A stretch of DNA of 64,000 nucleotides, taken from assembly GCA_964540455.1 (NCBI GenBank), contig CAZIMK010000002.1:39643-103642 (forward strand). The letters are read 5' to 3'. Positions 19,146 to 26,257 of this stretch are shown piece by piece; position 1 is the first letter of the stretch; every line of letters begins with the position of its first letter. This DNA is from an uncultured Paraprevotella sp. (GTDB taxonomy: Bacteria > Bacteroidota > Bacteroidia > Bacteroidales > Bacteroidaceae). The notes under the pieces were generated by a model. It was not told the origin of the DNA. It searched no databases and saw only the letters and a list, made by a program, of their open reading frames with translations. A program made the position numbers and the translations under genes.

Positions 19146-19255
19146 AAGATGCGTGTGCAGCTGGCCACTCCCAGCGCCGTGAGCGCCGAGATGATGCCTT
19201 GGATGACGGCGTGGAGCACGGCCACCCAGTTGATACTCTTTTTGTTCTCTCTCAT
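19142..19255 (-). CDS. 37-aa hydrophobic small protein, matching my recollection of the 'smalltalk'-type ORFs annotated between HU and amidase genes in Bacteroidales
   Basis: Hand translation of the minus strand gives MRENKKSINWVAVLHAVIQGIISALTALGVASCTRIL*. It is too short for the ORF track. Its stop overlaps the amidase ATG. Confidence 0.55.
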   Translation of the reverse strand: MRENKKSINWVAVLHAVIQGIISALTALGVASCTRIL

Positions 19256-19275
19256 GATGTTTTCGGTTTTTTAGT

Positions 19276-19338
19276 TTCGCGGGGCGGGCCGGAGCACGGA
19301 CGGACATGCCGCGGGGCTTACGGCCCGGCCCCCGCGAA
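19276..19338 (-). other. GC-rich stem-loop between the HU-like gene and the small ORF
   Basis: Arms 19278-19291 (CGCGGGGCGGGCCG) and 19321-19336 (CGGCCCGGCCCCCGCG) are nearly complementary. There is no U-tail on the transcribed (minus) strand. Confidence 0.5.
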
Positions 19339-19359
19339 GGGGTTAATTACTCGGTTTGC

Positions 19360-19821
19360 TTAATCGCCTGCAGCGTTTTCATCCTCCACCACGGTGGGTA
19401 CGCCTCCGGCGAAAGCAATCTTCACCAGGTCGGTCTTCTCGGGCAGAAGGGCATAGCGGAAGGCACCGTTGACCACGGTGTACTCGGCGGTGAACTTGGG
19501 GCGGACGGCGCGGATGAGCTTGGTGTCCACCTCGCGGGCCGTGGCCACGGTGCGGGTGGTGATGAGCTCGTTGCAGAAGGTGCCCATGCCCTTGAGCTGC
19601 ACCTTGTAGCCGAGGCTCATGTGGGTCTGGCAGAAGTAGGACAGGCGCTCGATGACGCCGATCACGTCGGCCTGCGTCAGGGCGGATTCCTGGGCTATCT
19701 GCTTGGCCACATCGTCGGTGGAGATGGTGCCGTAGTAGTAGGGTTGTGCACTATAGACGGTTTCACCTTTGCGGTCACCGATGCGCAGATCGGTCTTACG
19801 GGCATAATAGGGTTGTGCCAT
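19360..19821 (-). CDS. HU-family DNA-binding protein (long Bacteroidales type)
   Basis: 153 aa. 'ISTDDVAKQIAQESALTQADVIGVIERLSYFCQTHMSLGYKVQLKGMGTF' matches the HU/IHF fold pattern of the Bacteroidales HU-like proteins. Confidence 0.85.
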   Translation of the reverse strand: MAQPYYARKTDLRIGDRKGETVYSAQPYYYGTISTDDVAKQIAQESALTQADVIGVIERLSYFCQTHMSLGYKVQLKGMGTFCNELITTRTVATAREVDTKLIRAVRPKFTAEYTVVNGAFRYALLPEKTDLVKIAFAGGVPTVVEDENAAGD

Positions 19822-19921
19822 GGTTTTGTTGTTTTTTTAGTTTTTTGAAATGGTTTGATTCTCTCTCTGGTGTCGCTCCGTGGCGAGGGCTCCGCGGACA
19901 GCCCCGGCGGGAATGACACTG

Positions 19922-19929
19922 CAAATATA
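19922..19929 (-). promoter_or_regulatory. -7 promoter motif (TATATTTG on the minus strand) upstream of the HU-like gene
   Basis: The plus strand reads CAAATATA. It lies about 100 nt upstream of the HU-like ATG. Confidence 0.5.
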
Positions 19930-20040
19930 CGACATGCGCGGAGGCGGTTTTGTCGCCCGCAGTCGGTGCGGGTCGCCCACGGTCGCTCCGCCCTCCGGCT
20001 GCCCCCCGAACGCCCCGCAGCCCACTCCCCCACCGCTCCT

Positions 20041-20135
20041 CAGGCCTGCGGAAAGGGTATTGGACAGGCCTGCGGAAGGGGAATTGGACAGGCCTGCGGA
20101 GTCACCTTAGACAGGCCTGCGGAGCGGGACACGGA
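20041..20135. repeat. Four tandem 23-24-bp repeats with a CAGGCCTGCGGA core
   Basis: CAGGCCTGCGGAAAGGGTATTGGA / CAGGCCTGCGGAAGGGGAATTGGA / CAGGCCTGCGGAGTCACCTTAGA / CAGGCCTGCGGAGCGGGACACGGA, read directly from the sequence. Confidence 0.85.
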
Positions 20136-20136
20136 G

Positions 20137-20376
20137 CTACGGTTCGCCCAGATAGTGAACCAGCAGCCCCACCTGACGGGCCGTGAAGTAGCGGCAGCGG
20201 GCGTTGTAGCCCAGTTGGTTCAACTCGTCCATGAGCGGACGGTTGACATGCATCATGTAGCGCAGTTTGCGCACCGCACGGTCGGGGTCTTCCACCTCGG
20301 GAAAATACATTCCGGCCAACTCCTGCTTGGAGTAGGGACGGATTCGGAAATCGGCTGTATCCATGTTTTTTAGCAT
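20137..20376 (-). CDS. DUF4248 domain protein
   Basis: 79 aa. 'FRIRPYSKQELAGMYFP...AVRKLRYMM...LMDELNQLGYNARCRYFTARQVGLLVHYLGEP' is the typical DUF4248 pattern. Confidence 0.8.
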   Translation of the reverse strand: MLKNMDTADFRIRPYSKQELAGMYFPEVEDPDRAVRKLRYMMHVNRPLMDELNQLGYNARCRYFTARQVGLLVHYLGEP

Positions 20377-20426
20377 TAAAAACGATTTATTAATTGGTTT
20401 TCAGAAATTTAGATAAGAATATAAAA

Positions 20427-20480
20427 TCTTGCGATCTTGCATCTTGCACTATACCCCTTATCACACACGCACGCGCGAGA
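20427..20480. repeat. Arm A of a 52-54-bp imperfect inverted repeat
   Basis: TCTTGCGATCTTGCATCTTGCACTATACCCCTTATCACACACGCACGCGCGAGA. Its reverse complement recurs at 21902-21953. Confidence 0.85.
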
Positions 20481-20495
20481 GCAACAAACGAAAAT

Positions 20496-22889
20496 TCAGC
20501 TCACCGCCGGATTGAACTCATAGGAGCCGCGCCCGGTCTTCAGCAACTGCCCGCGGCCGACCATGCGCGAGAGCATGGAGTCGAGCGTGGCGGGGCTGAC
20601 GCCCTGCCGTTCGGCCATGGCCACGGCCTCGGTGCGGGTGAACGTCAGGGGCAAGCTCTGCACGAGCGCCTCGGCGGGCGACAGGCTGCGCCTCTCGGCC
20701 GCCGTCTCGGGTAGCAGGGTGAGTATGCCGCAGGCATTGCGGTAGAGCGGATCGGCCATGGCGAGCAGGGCGGAGAGGTCGGCATCAGTGACGGACAGGA
20801 TGTGGCGGGAGCAGATTCCGTCCTTCACGTTCTCGGCCGGTATGTCAGGATCGGGATCTATCCCCTGCCCCGTCTCCAGCGCACGCAGCAGCGCCACCAC
20901 GGAGGCGATGCGCAGCAGGTTGATGGACTCGCGGGCCACGCTCGACTTCATGTAGCCGCGGGCCTGCGTGCCGGCCGCATGGTGGTAAATGCGGGAGAGG
21001 ACACTGTTGAAACCAGCCTGCTGCAGGGGCGTGAGGCGCAGTTCCAGCCGTCCGTAGCGCGAGGCCAGGCTGTCCACTGTGCGGAGCCATTCCTCGCCCC
21101 AGGCGGAGAAGCGCGCTTCCACGTCGGTGGCCTCGAGATCGAACTGGTTGACAAAGGCGTCCTGCTGCGGCATGGTGAGGTAGAGGGCGCGGCTGAACTG
21201 CCCGTTGCCGGCCGAGGACACGAGGGGGTGCACCTGGTCAGGCGTGCCGCTCACGAGCACGGCCAATCGGGGGCCGCGCACCTCGCGGTATTCCTTGTCC
21301 GTGCGGCGGTAGAGCGACACGATGTCGCCCTCGAAGCATTTGCGCAGGATGTCGCTCCACCCGTAGTCGCTGTTGAGCATGGCGCTGAGCGTGTCGGCTT
21401 CGGCCTCGCAGATGAGCCCCGCGCCGTCGTTCTCGTCGAGCAGTTCGATGAGCCCCGAGGCGGTGATGTTGCCCGGCATCAGGGCGAGTTTCATGCGCGG
21501 CTCTTCGGGCCGTTCCATCTCCGTGCGACTTCTACCCGCATTGTCATAGGCCGCTTTCTCCCGTTCGTATTGTTTGCGACGTCCGTGATATTCAGCCGCA
21601 AGCCTCTGGTGCAGGGCGTCGGCCAGCCGGCGGGCCCAGGTGATGACGCTCTTGCCCGAGGCGGGCGGAGCCACGACGAACATCTGTATGACGGGATACC
21701 AGAGCCGACGGCTGTAGCGCGTGCAGAGCAGCCGCTGGCGGCTGAGCAGGTAGCCCATCACCACCACTACGGCCAGCGTGAGCACGTCGCGCTGGCCGTC
21801 GTTTTCGCCGCAGTCCACCATCTGCTGCATGAAGCGGGGCCAGCGGTGATGCCCCAGATGGAAGCGGAAGGAGAAATTGTCGAAAACCTCCATATTTACG
21901 TTCTCGCACGTGCGCGTGTGAGAAGGGGTGGTGCAAGATGCAAGATTGCAAGAAACGTGGCGGCGGGGCATGTCGTAAGTGGCGTGCTCGCGGGCATAGA
22001 GGCTGTAGACCGACTTCACCACGGCGTCCACCTCGCGCCGGCCCAGGTCGTGGCTCATCGCCCAGCTCCGCGCCTCGGCCTGGGATACACCCAGACGATT
22101 CATCATGGCCACGCACTTCATCACGTAGATGTGGCGGTTACCCGGCGTGTAGGTCTCACCGTGACTCTCCACCACGCCCACGGCATACTCCATGGGCGTG
22201 AGGTTCGGCGTGGCGGACACGGCAGACCGCGGGGCGCGCCCTGCAAGGGAATGTGGCTCCGGACGGCTTGCCGCCGGGGTTGAGGGCGCAGAGGCCTGAG
22301 GGGGCGCGGAGGCCTCGTCGGCGGACGCGGTGAAGGGCACGGCCGAGGGGTTGAAGTAGGCCTGAGGGTCGTGACAGAGCGCCGACAGGCGGTTGATGTT
22401 GGCACACTTCTCGTCGAAGGGCATGCCCGTGAGCGAGGCGTAGTGGCAGTTGGCCAGCAGGAAGGCCGCGGCATAGCGCAGAGCGGCCTGTTCGGGGGGC
22501 AGCGGATCGGCGGGCCCGATGGTGTAGCGGCAGAGCACGCGCAGCCCCTCGCCCGACACGGTGACGTGGGAGAGAAACGTGTGGGGGTCGGCGTTGACAA
22601 GGGCGCGCACCTGCTCGATGTCGCCCTCCACGTGGTCTAGGTCTACCAAGGTGATGCCCGTCAGCCGCTCCACGTCGGCGGCTTCCTTGCCGCGTCCGTT
22701 GAGCAGGCAAGCGGGCGTGATGCACAGATGGGCGGCCTTCCAGCGCCATTCGCGCGTCTGTCGGTAGCGCTCGGTGAGCTCGCGCAGTCCGCCACCGGTA
22801 AGGTGGTCCATCACCATCAGCCAGGAGACGGCTGTGGATTCCCGGGCCGTGAATCCCCGCAAGAGGGATGTCTGATTGAATTGGTTCAT
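20496..22889 (-). CDS. VirE-N/primase-like + DUF3987 (helicase-like) protein
   Basis: The long ORF (the track starts it at 23063) has N-terminal primase-like region segments ('LTGITLVDLDHVEG', 'LSHVTVSGEGLRVLC') and a C-terminal P-loop region ('FVVAPPASGKSVITWA', 'LICEAEADTL'). The start is uncertain (22889, 22919 or 23063). Confidence 0.75.
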   Translation of the reverse strand: MNQFNQTSLLRGFTARESTAVSWLMVMDHLTGGGLRELTERYRQTREWRWKAAHLCITPACLLNGRGKEAADVERLTGITLVDLDHVEGDIEQVRALVNADPHTFLSHVTVSGEGLRVLCRYTIGPADPLPPEQAALRYAAAFLLANCHYASLTGMPFDEKCANINRLSALCHDPQAYFNPSAVPFTASADEASAPPQASAPSTPAASRPEPHSLAGRAPRSAVSATPNLTPMEYAVGVVESHGETYTPGNRHIYVMKCVAMMNRLGVSQAEARSWAMSHDLGRREVDAVVKSVYSLYAREHATYDMPRRHVSCNLASCTTPSHTRTCENVNMEVFDNFSFRFHLGHHRWPRFMQQMVDCGENDGQRDVLTLAVVVVMGYLLSRQRLLCTRYSRRLWYPVIQMFVVAPPASGKSVITWARRLADALHQRLAAEYHGRRKQYEREKAAYDNAGRSRTEMERPEEPRMKLALMPGNITASGLIELLDENDGAGLICEAEADTLSAMLNSDYGWSDILRKCFEGDIVSLYRRTDKEYREVRGPRLAVLVSGTPDQVHPLVSSAGNGQFSRALYLTMPQQDAFVNQFDLEATDVEARFSAWGEEWLRTVDSLASRYGRLELRLTPLQQAGFNSVLSRIYHHAAGTQARGYMKSSVARESINLLRIASVVALLRALETGQGIDPDPDIPAENVKDGICSRHILSVTDADLSALLAMADPLYRNACGILTLLPETAAERRSLSPAEALVQSLPLTFTRTEAVAMAERQGVSPATLDSMLSRMVGRGQLLKTGRGSYEFNPAVS
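21902..21953. repeat. Arm B of the inverted repeat, inside the DUF3987 gene
   Basis: The reverse complement reads TCTTGCAATCTTGCATCTTGCACCACCCCTTCTCACACGCGCACGTGCGAGA. By hand alignment 47 of 52 aligned positions match arm A, with one 2-nt indel. Confidence 0.85.
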
Positions 22890-23101
22890 AAACTTTTGTT
22901 TTTTTGATGATTGAAACATGTTCGGTCCGCTGGGCCGGCCGGCATCGTTGGACTCGGTGGCGAAGATAACGGGAGTTTCCGGAGCCGGGAAATTTCCGGA
23001 ACGGGGAGATGCGAAAACCGCTTTTTCGCATACGAAAACCGGGATTTCTAAAAATTTTCGCATTTGATGACGCTTTTATTGGAACTTTAACAGAAAGCCG
23101 T

Positions 23102-23109
23102 TATCTTTG
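23102..23109 (+). promoter_or_regulatory. -7 promoter motif (TATCTTTG)
   Basis: Matches TAnnTTTG. It overlaps the TTG that the ORF track uses as the start of the 23107 ORF. Confidence 0.5.
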
Positions 23110-23856
23110 CGGAAACGACTCTTAATCCTCCCCGCCTTCGACATAGATAACGTAAAGCAACTATTGGAAGACCTCCTGAAGGGCAAGCCGGACAGAGTGG
23201 AATACTACCTGAACGAAATAAAGGAGTGCCGCACTGCCAAAGACGTGGCCTACAGGCTGTTTCTCCCCTTAGTGAGCAAAGACGGACTGGATCAGAAGCT
23301 GGTGCGGCTGGGAAAATTGCCCAAGGCGATTGCCGCGGCGGTCAATGCCTACAACCGGCAGCACCCCCCCAGCTACAAGCCCATCACCCCCAAGAACAGA
23401 AGTTTCCAATGCATCCAGGCGCTGACGGAATGGGAAAAAGAGCAAGCGGAGAAGGCGAAGAAAGAAGCAGAGGAGACGTTGAAGAAAGAGGCGGAAGAAA
23501 AGGAAAAGATGGAAACGGACCGCCAGGCGAACAGCAAGACCCTATCGGACAACCTGATGATGCTCATCGACCCTGAAAACTCCGAACATCCCGAGAACAT
23601 AGACCTGTTTATGAAAATAATGCAGTCTTCGGCCCATAAGCTGGGCATATCTGTCAGCCAGTATCAAATCCACTCATCCGGGGGTGAAGCCATCACTGAA
23701 AAGCGTATCAGCGACCGACACACCACGAAGCGTTCCGACGACCGGAATTTTGACATCGCTCAAGGCTTTCATCCGGCAGGAACCCGGAGCCAGTCGCACC
23801 ATTGGCGGCTGTACACGGACACATGGGGGCATTCCCGCCTGGCCTTGAGCGCCTAA
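23107..23856 (+). CDS. Hypothetical protein, start undefined (possibly decayed)
   Basis: The open frame has protein-like content ('VEYYLNEIKECRTAKDVAYRLFLPLVSKDG', Lys/Glu-rich coiled segment). There is no in-frame ATG before residue ~135, and the annotated TTG lies inside the promoter motif. A C7 run sits at 23364-23370. Confidence 0.3.
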   Translation: MRKRLLILPAFDIDNVKQLLEDLLKGKPDRVEYYLNEIKECRTAKDVAYRLFLPLVSKDGLDQKLVRLGKLPKAIAAAVNAYNRQHPPSYKPITPKNRSFQCIQALTEWEKEQAEKAKKEAEETLKKEAEEKEKMETDRQANSKTLSDNLMMLIDPENSEHPENIDLFMKIMQSSAHKLGISVSQYQIHSSGGEAITEKRISDRHTTKRSDDRNFDIAQGFHPAGTRSQSHHWRLYTDTWGHSRLALSA

Positions 23857-23967
23857 TCCCAAACGACAAGAAACGGTCTGCCATACGGAACCTACCGGAA
23901 TCACATCCGTTTTTTCCCGGCAAACGTTTTCTCCCCCCACATACTTGCAAAAGCCTGAGAAAAAAAC

Positions 23968-23975
23968 TATCTTTG
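23968..23975 (+). promoter_or_regulatory. -7 promoter motif (TATCTTTG)
   Basis: Matches TAnnTTTG, 54 nt upstream of the ATG at 24029. Confidence 0.5.
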
Positions 23976-24028
23976 TAGGGATATAAAGACGGGATATCCG
24001 TTTCACTCCCATTCAAAGAGCTACAGCC

Positions 24029-25579
24029 ATGGCACAACAGAATCTACCGATAGGGGTACAGAACTTCGAGAGTCTCCGCAAGGACGGATATATCTATGTG
24101 GACAAGACGGCGCTGATGCACCGGCTCGTCACCACGGGGCGATACTACTTCCTGTCGCGCCCGCGCCGCTTCGGCAAGAGCCTGCTGCTGTCCACCATAC
24201 ACGCCTACTTCGAGGGGAAGCGGGAGTTGTTTGAGGGGCTGGCTGTGGAGCGGCTGGAACAGAAATGGGAGGCACATCCCGTACTCCACCTCGACCTGAA
24301 CACGCAGAAGTACGACACACCGGAGGCACTGGAACAGATACTGGACAGCGCGGTGGCCGAATGGGAGGAGCTGTACGGCACACGCGAACAGGAATGCACG
24401 TTGGCGCTGCGTTTCTCCGGAGTAATCAAGCGCGCCTGTGAAAAGACGGGGCAGCGGGCGGTCATCCTGGTGGACGAATACGACAAGCCCATGCTACAGG
24501 CCATCGGCAAACCGGAATTGCAGGAGGCCTACCGCGACACGCTGAAGGCCTTCTACGGAGCACTGAAATCGTGCGACCAGTACATCAAGTTCGCCATGCT
24601 GACGGGAGTAACCAAGTTCGGGAAAGTGAGCGTGTTCAGCGACCTCAACAACCTGAACGACATATCGATGTATAAGGTCTACAACGAGATATGCGGCATC
24701 ACGGAACAGGAACTGAAGGACTGCTTCGGCGGCTACGTGACGGATATGGCCGACGAGCAGGGTATGACGGAAGAGGCGGTGACTGCGGAAATCCGACGCA
24801 TGTACGACGGCTACCACTTCGCACCCGGAACGGCCGGCATCTACAATCCGTTCAGCGTGCTCAACGCCTTCAACGCACGTGCCTTCGGTAGCTACTGGTT
24901 CGAGACCGGAACGCCCACTTATCTTGTGGAGTTGCTCAAGCTGCACGACTACAACCTGGAGCGCATGGCCGGCGAGGAAACCACCGAGGACGTGCTCAAC
25001 AGCGTGGACGTGGCATCCACAGACCCCATACCCGTGATTTACCAGAGCGGATACCTCACCATCAAGGACTACGACCCTACGTTCCGCACCTACCGGCTGG
25101 GCATCCCCAACGCCGAGGTGGAGGAGGGTTTCTACCGTTTCCTGTTGCCATACTACACGGCCGTGAACCGGCGCGAGGCACCGTTCCACATCAAGAAGTT
25201 CGTGCAGGACATAGAGGCCGGACGCGTGGAGGACTTCCTCAACCGCCTGAAAAGCTTCTTCGCCGACACGCCCTACGAACTTATCCGCGACCTGGAGAAC
25301 CACTACCAGAACGTGCTCTTCATCCTCTTCAAGCTCATCGGCATATACGTGCGTGCGGAGTATCACACCAGCCGCGGACGCATAGACTTAGTGATGCAGA
25401 CCGCGGACCACACTTACGTAATGGAGTTCAAGCTGGACGGGACGGCCGAGCAGGCGCTGCAGCAGATACAGGCGAAAGACTACGCCCTGCCTTTCGCTAC
25501 GGACGGCACACGCGTGGTACGCATCGGGGCAAACTTCTCGTCCGAGACACGCAACATCGAGAGGTGGGTGACGGAGTGA
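24029..25579 (+). CDS. AAA-ATPase-like + PD-(D/E)XK nuclease-domain protein (DUF1703/PDDEXK_9 type)
   Basis: 516 aa. 'LPIGVQNFESLRKDGYIYVDKTALMHRLV...YYFLSRPRRFGKSLLLST' and C-terminal 'GRIDLVMQTADHTYVMEFKLDG' are hallmarks of this abundant Bacteroidales family. Confidence 0.85.
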   Translation: MAQQNLPIGVQNFESLRKDGYIYVDKTALMHRLVTTGRYYFLSRPRRFGKSLLLSTIHAYFEGKRELFEGLAVERLEQKWEAHPVLHLDLNTQKYDTPEALEQILDSAVAEWEELYGTREQECTLALRFSGVIKRACEKTGQRAVILVDEYDKPMLQAIGKPELQEAYRDTLKAFYGALKSCDQYIKFAMLTGVTKFGKVSVFSDLNNLNDISMYKVYNEICGITEQELKDCFGGYVTDMADEQGMTEEAVTAEIRRMYDGYHFAPGTAGIYNPFSVLNAFNARAFGSYWFETGTPTYLVELLKLHDYNLERMAGEETTEDVLNSVDVASTDPIPVIYQSGYLTIKDYDPTFRTYRLGIPNAEVEEGFYRFLLPYYTAVNRREAPFHIKKFVQDIEAGRVEDFLNRLKSFFADTPYELIRDLENHYQNVLFILFKLIGIYVRAEYHTSRGRIDLVMQTADHTYVMEFKLDGTAEQALQQIQAKDYALPFATDGTRVVRIGANFSSETRNIERWVTE

Positions 25580-25671
25580 ACGTGTCTTCTGTGTATAAAA
25601 GAAGAAGATTTAGAACGAATCAGACGAAACTAAAAAAAGCGTCTTATTTTGTGTAGTCAACAGGAAATAAA

Positions 25672-25679
25672 TATCTTTG
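25672..25679 (+). promoter_or_regulatory. -7 promoter motif (TATCTTTG)
   Basis: Matches TAnnTTTG, 14 nt upstream of the ATG at 25693. Confidence 0.5.
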
Positions 25680-25692
25680 TACAAAATACACA

Positions 25693-25998
25693 ATGAAGCA
25701 GGAAGAGATTCTACAAAAAATGTCAAACGTGCTTTTGGGGGATGTAAGTCCTCAACAAGCAGATCTTGAGCTTTATCCGGCATTCTTCATACAAAGAGTG
25801 CTGGAATATGGTGATTGGCATGACTGGAAACTCCTGCTAACTTATTATGGACTGGATCGTATTGTGAAAATTTGCCAGCAATTACGCTCGCTGGATCCTG
25901 TTTGCGTATCGTTTATCTGCACCATCTCCAACACCCAAAAAGAAGATTACCGATGCTATCGTTTGGCACAATCGAACCCCACACTTTGGAACTCCTGA
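25693..25998 (+). CDS. Small protein of the type found upstream of AbiEii-family nucleotidyltransferase genes (DUF6922-like)
   Basis: 101 aa. 'FIQRVLEYGDWHDWKLLLTYYGLDRI...LRSLDP..VSFICTI' fits my recollection of the family. Recognition from memory only. Confidence 0.6.
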   Translation: MKQEEILQKMSNVLLGDVSPQQADLELYPAFFIQRVLEYGDWHDWKLLLTYYGLDRIVKICQQLRSLDPVCVSFICTISNTQKEDYRCYRLAQSNPTLWNS

Positions 25999-26069
25999 AA
26001 GCACTGAGCTGCGAGCCACTGCTTTCAGACATGAGATTGGTAGAAGGGACATCATTAGCACAATTATAG
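25953..26069 (+). pseudogene. N-terminal fragment (38 codons) of an AbiEii/AbiGii-type nucleotidyltransferase toxin gene
   Basis: 'MLSFGTIEPHTLELLKALSCEPLLSDMRLVEGTSLAQL*' resembles the N-terminus of AbiEii proteins ('..LVGGTAL..'). It stops after 38 codons, exactly where the AT-rich island begins. Confidence 0.5.
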
Positions 26070-26257
26070 AAATTACGCCTGTAGAGTCAAAGGAACATGT
26101 CTGTCATCCGATTCTGCTTGCGGTAATCGTACACTGAAAAGCGGAGCGAGCTATTTAGACAGTACTTTCCATTTCCTTCTTTCCGCCTGAAAATGTGTAA
26201 AACATCACATTTTTCCGACTAAAAACGTGTAAAACCAATAATTATAGTATTCTTATT

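Noticed and set aside
18615-19848. Plus-strand ORFs 18615-19274 and 19306-19848, opposite the amidase and HU-like genes.
   Set aside because: Both are antisense to two genes with strong family motifs, and both are Gly/Ala/His-rich shadow frames.
22890-23101. Small palindromes (GCGAAAACCGCTTTTTCGC and CCGGGAAATTTCCGGA) in the divergent region upstream of the DUF3987 gene, considered as possible invertible-promoter repeats.
   Set aside because: They are short local hairpins or operator-like palindromes, not a pair of separated inverted repeats flanking a promoter. I also found no TAnnTTTG motif for the minus strand between them.
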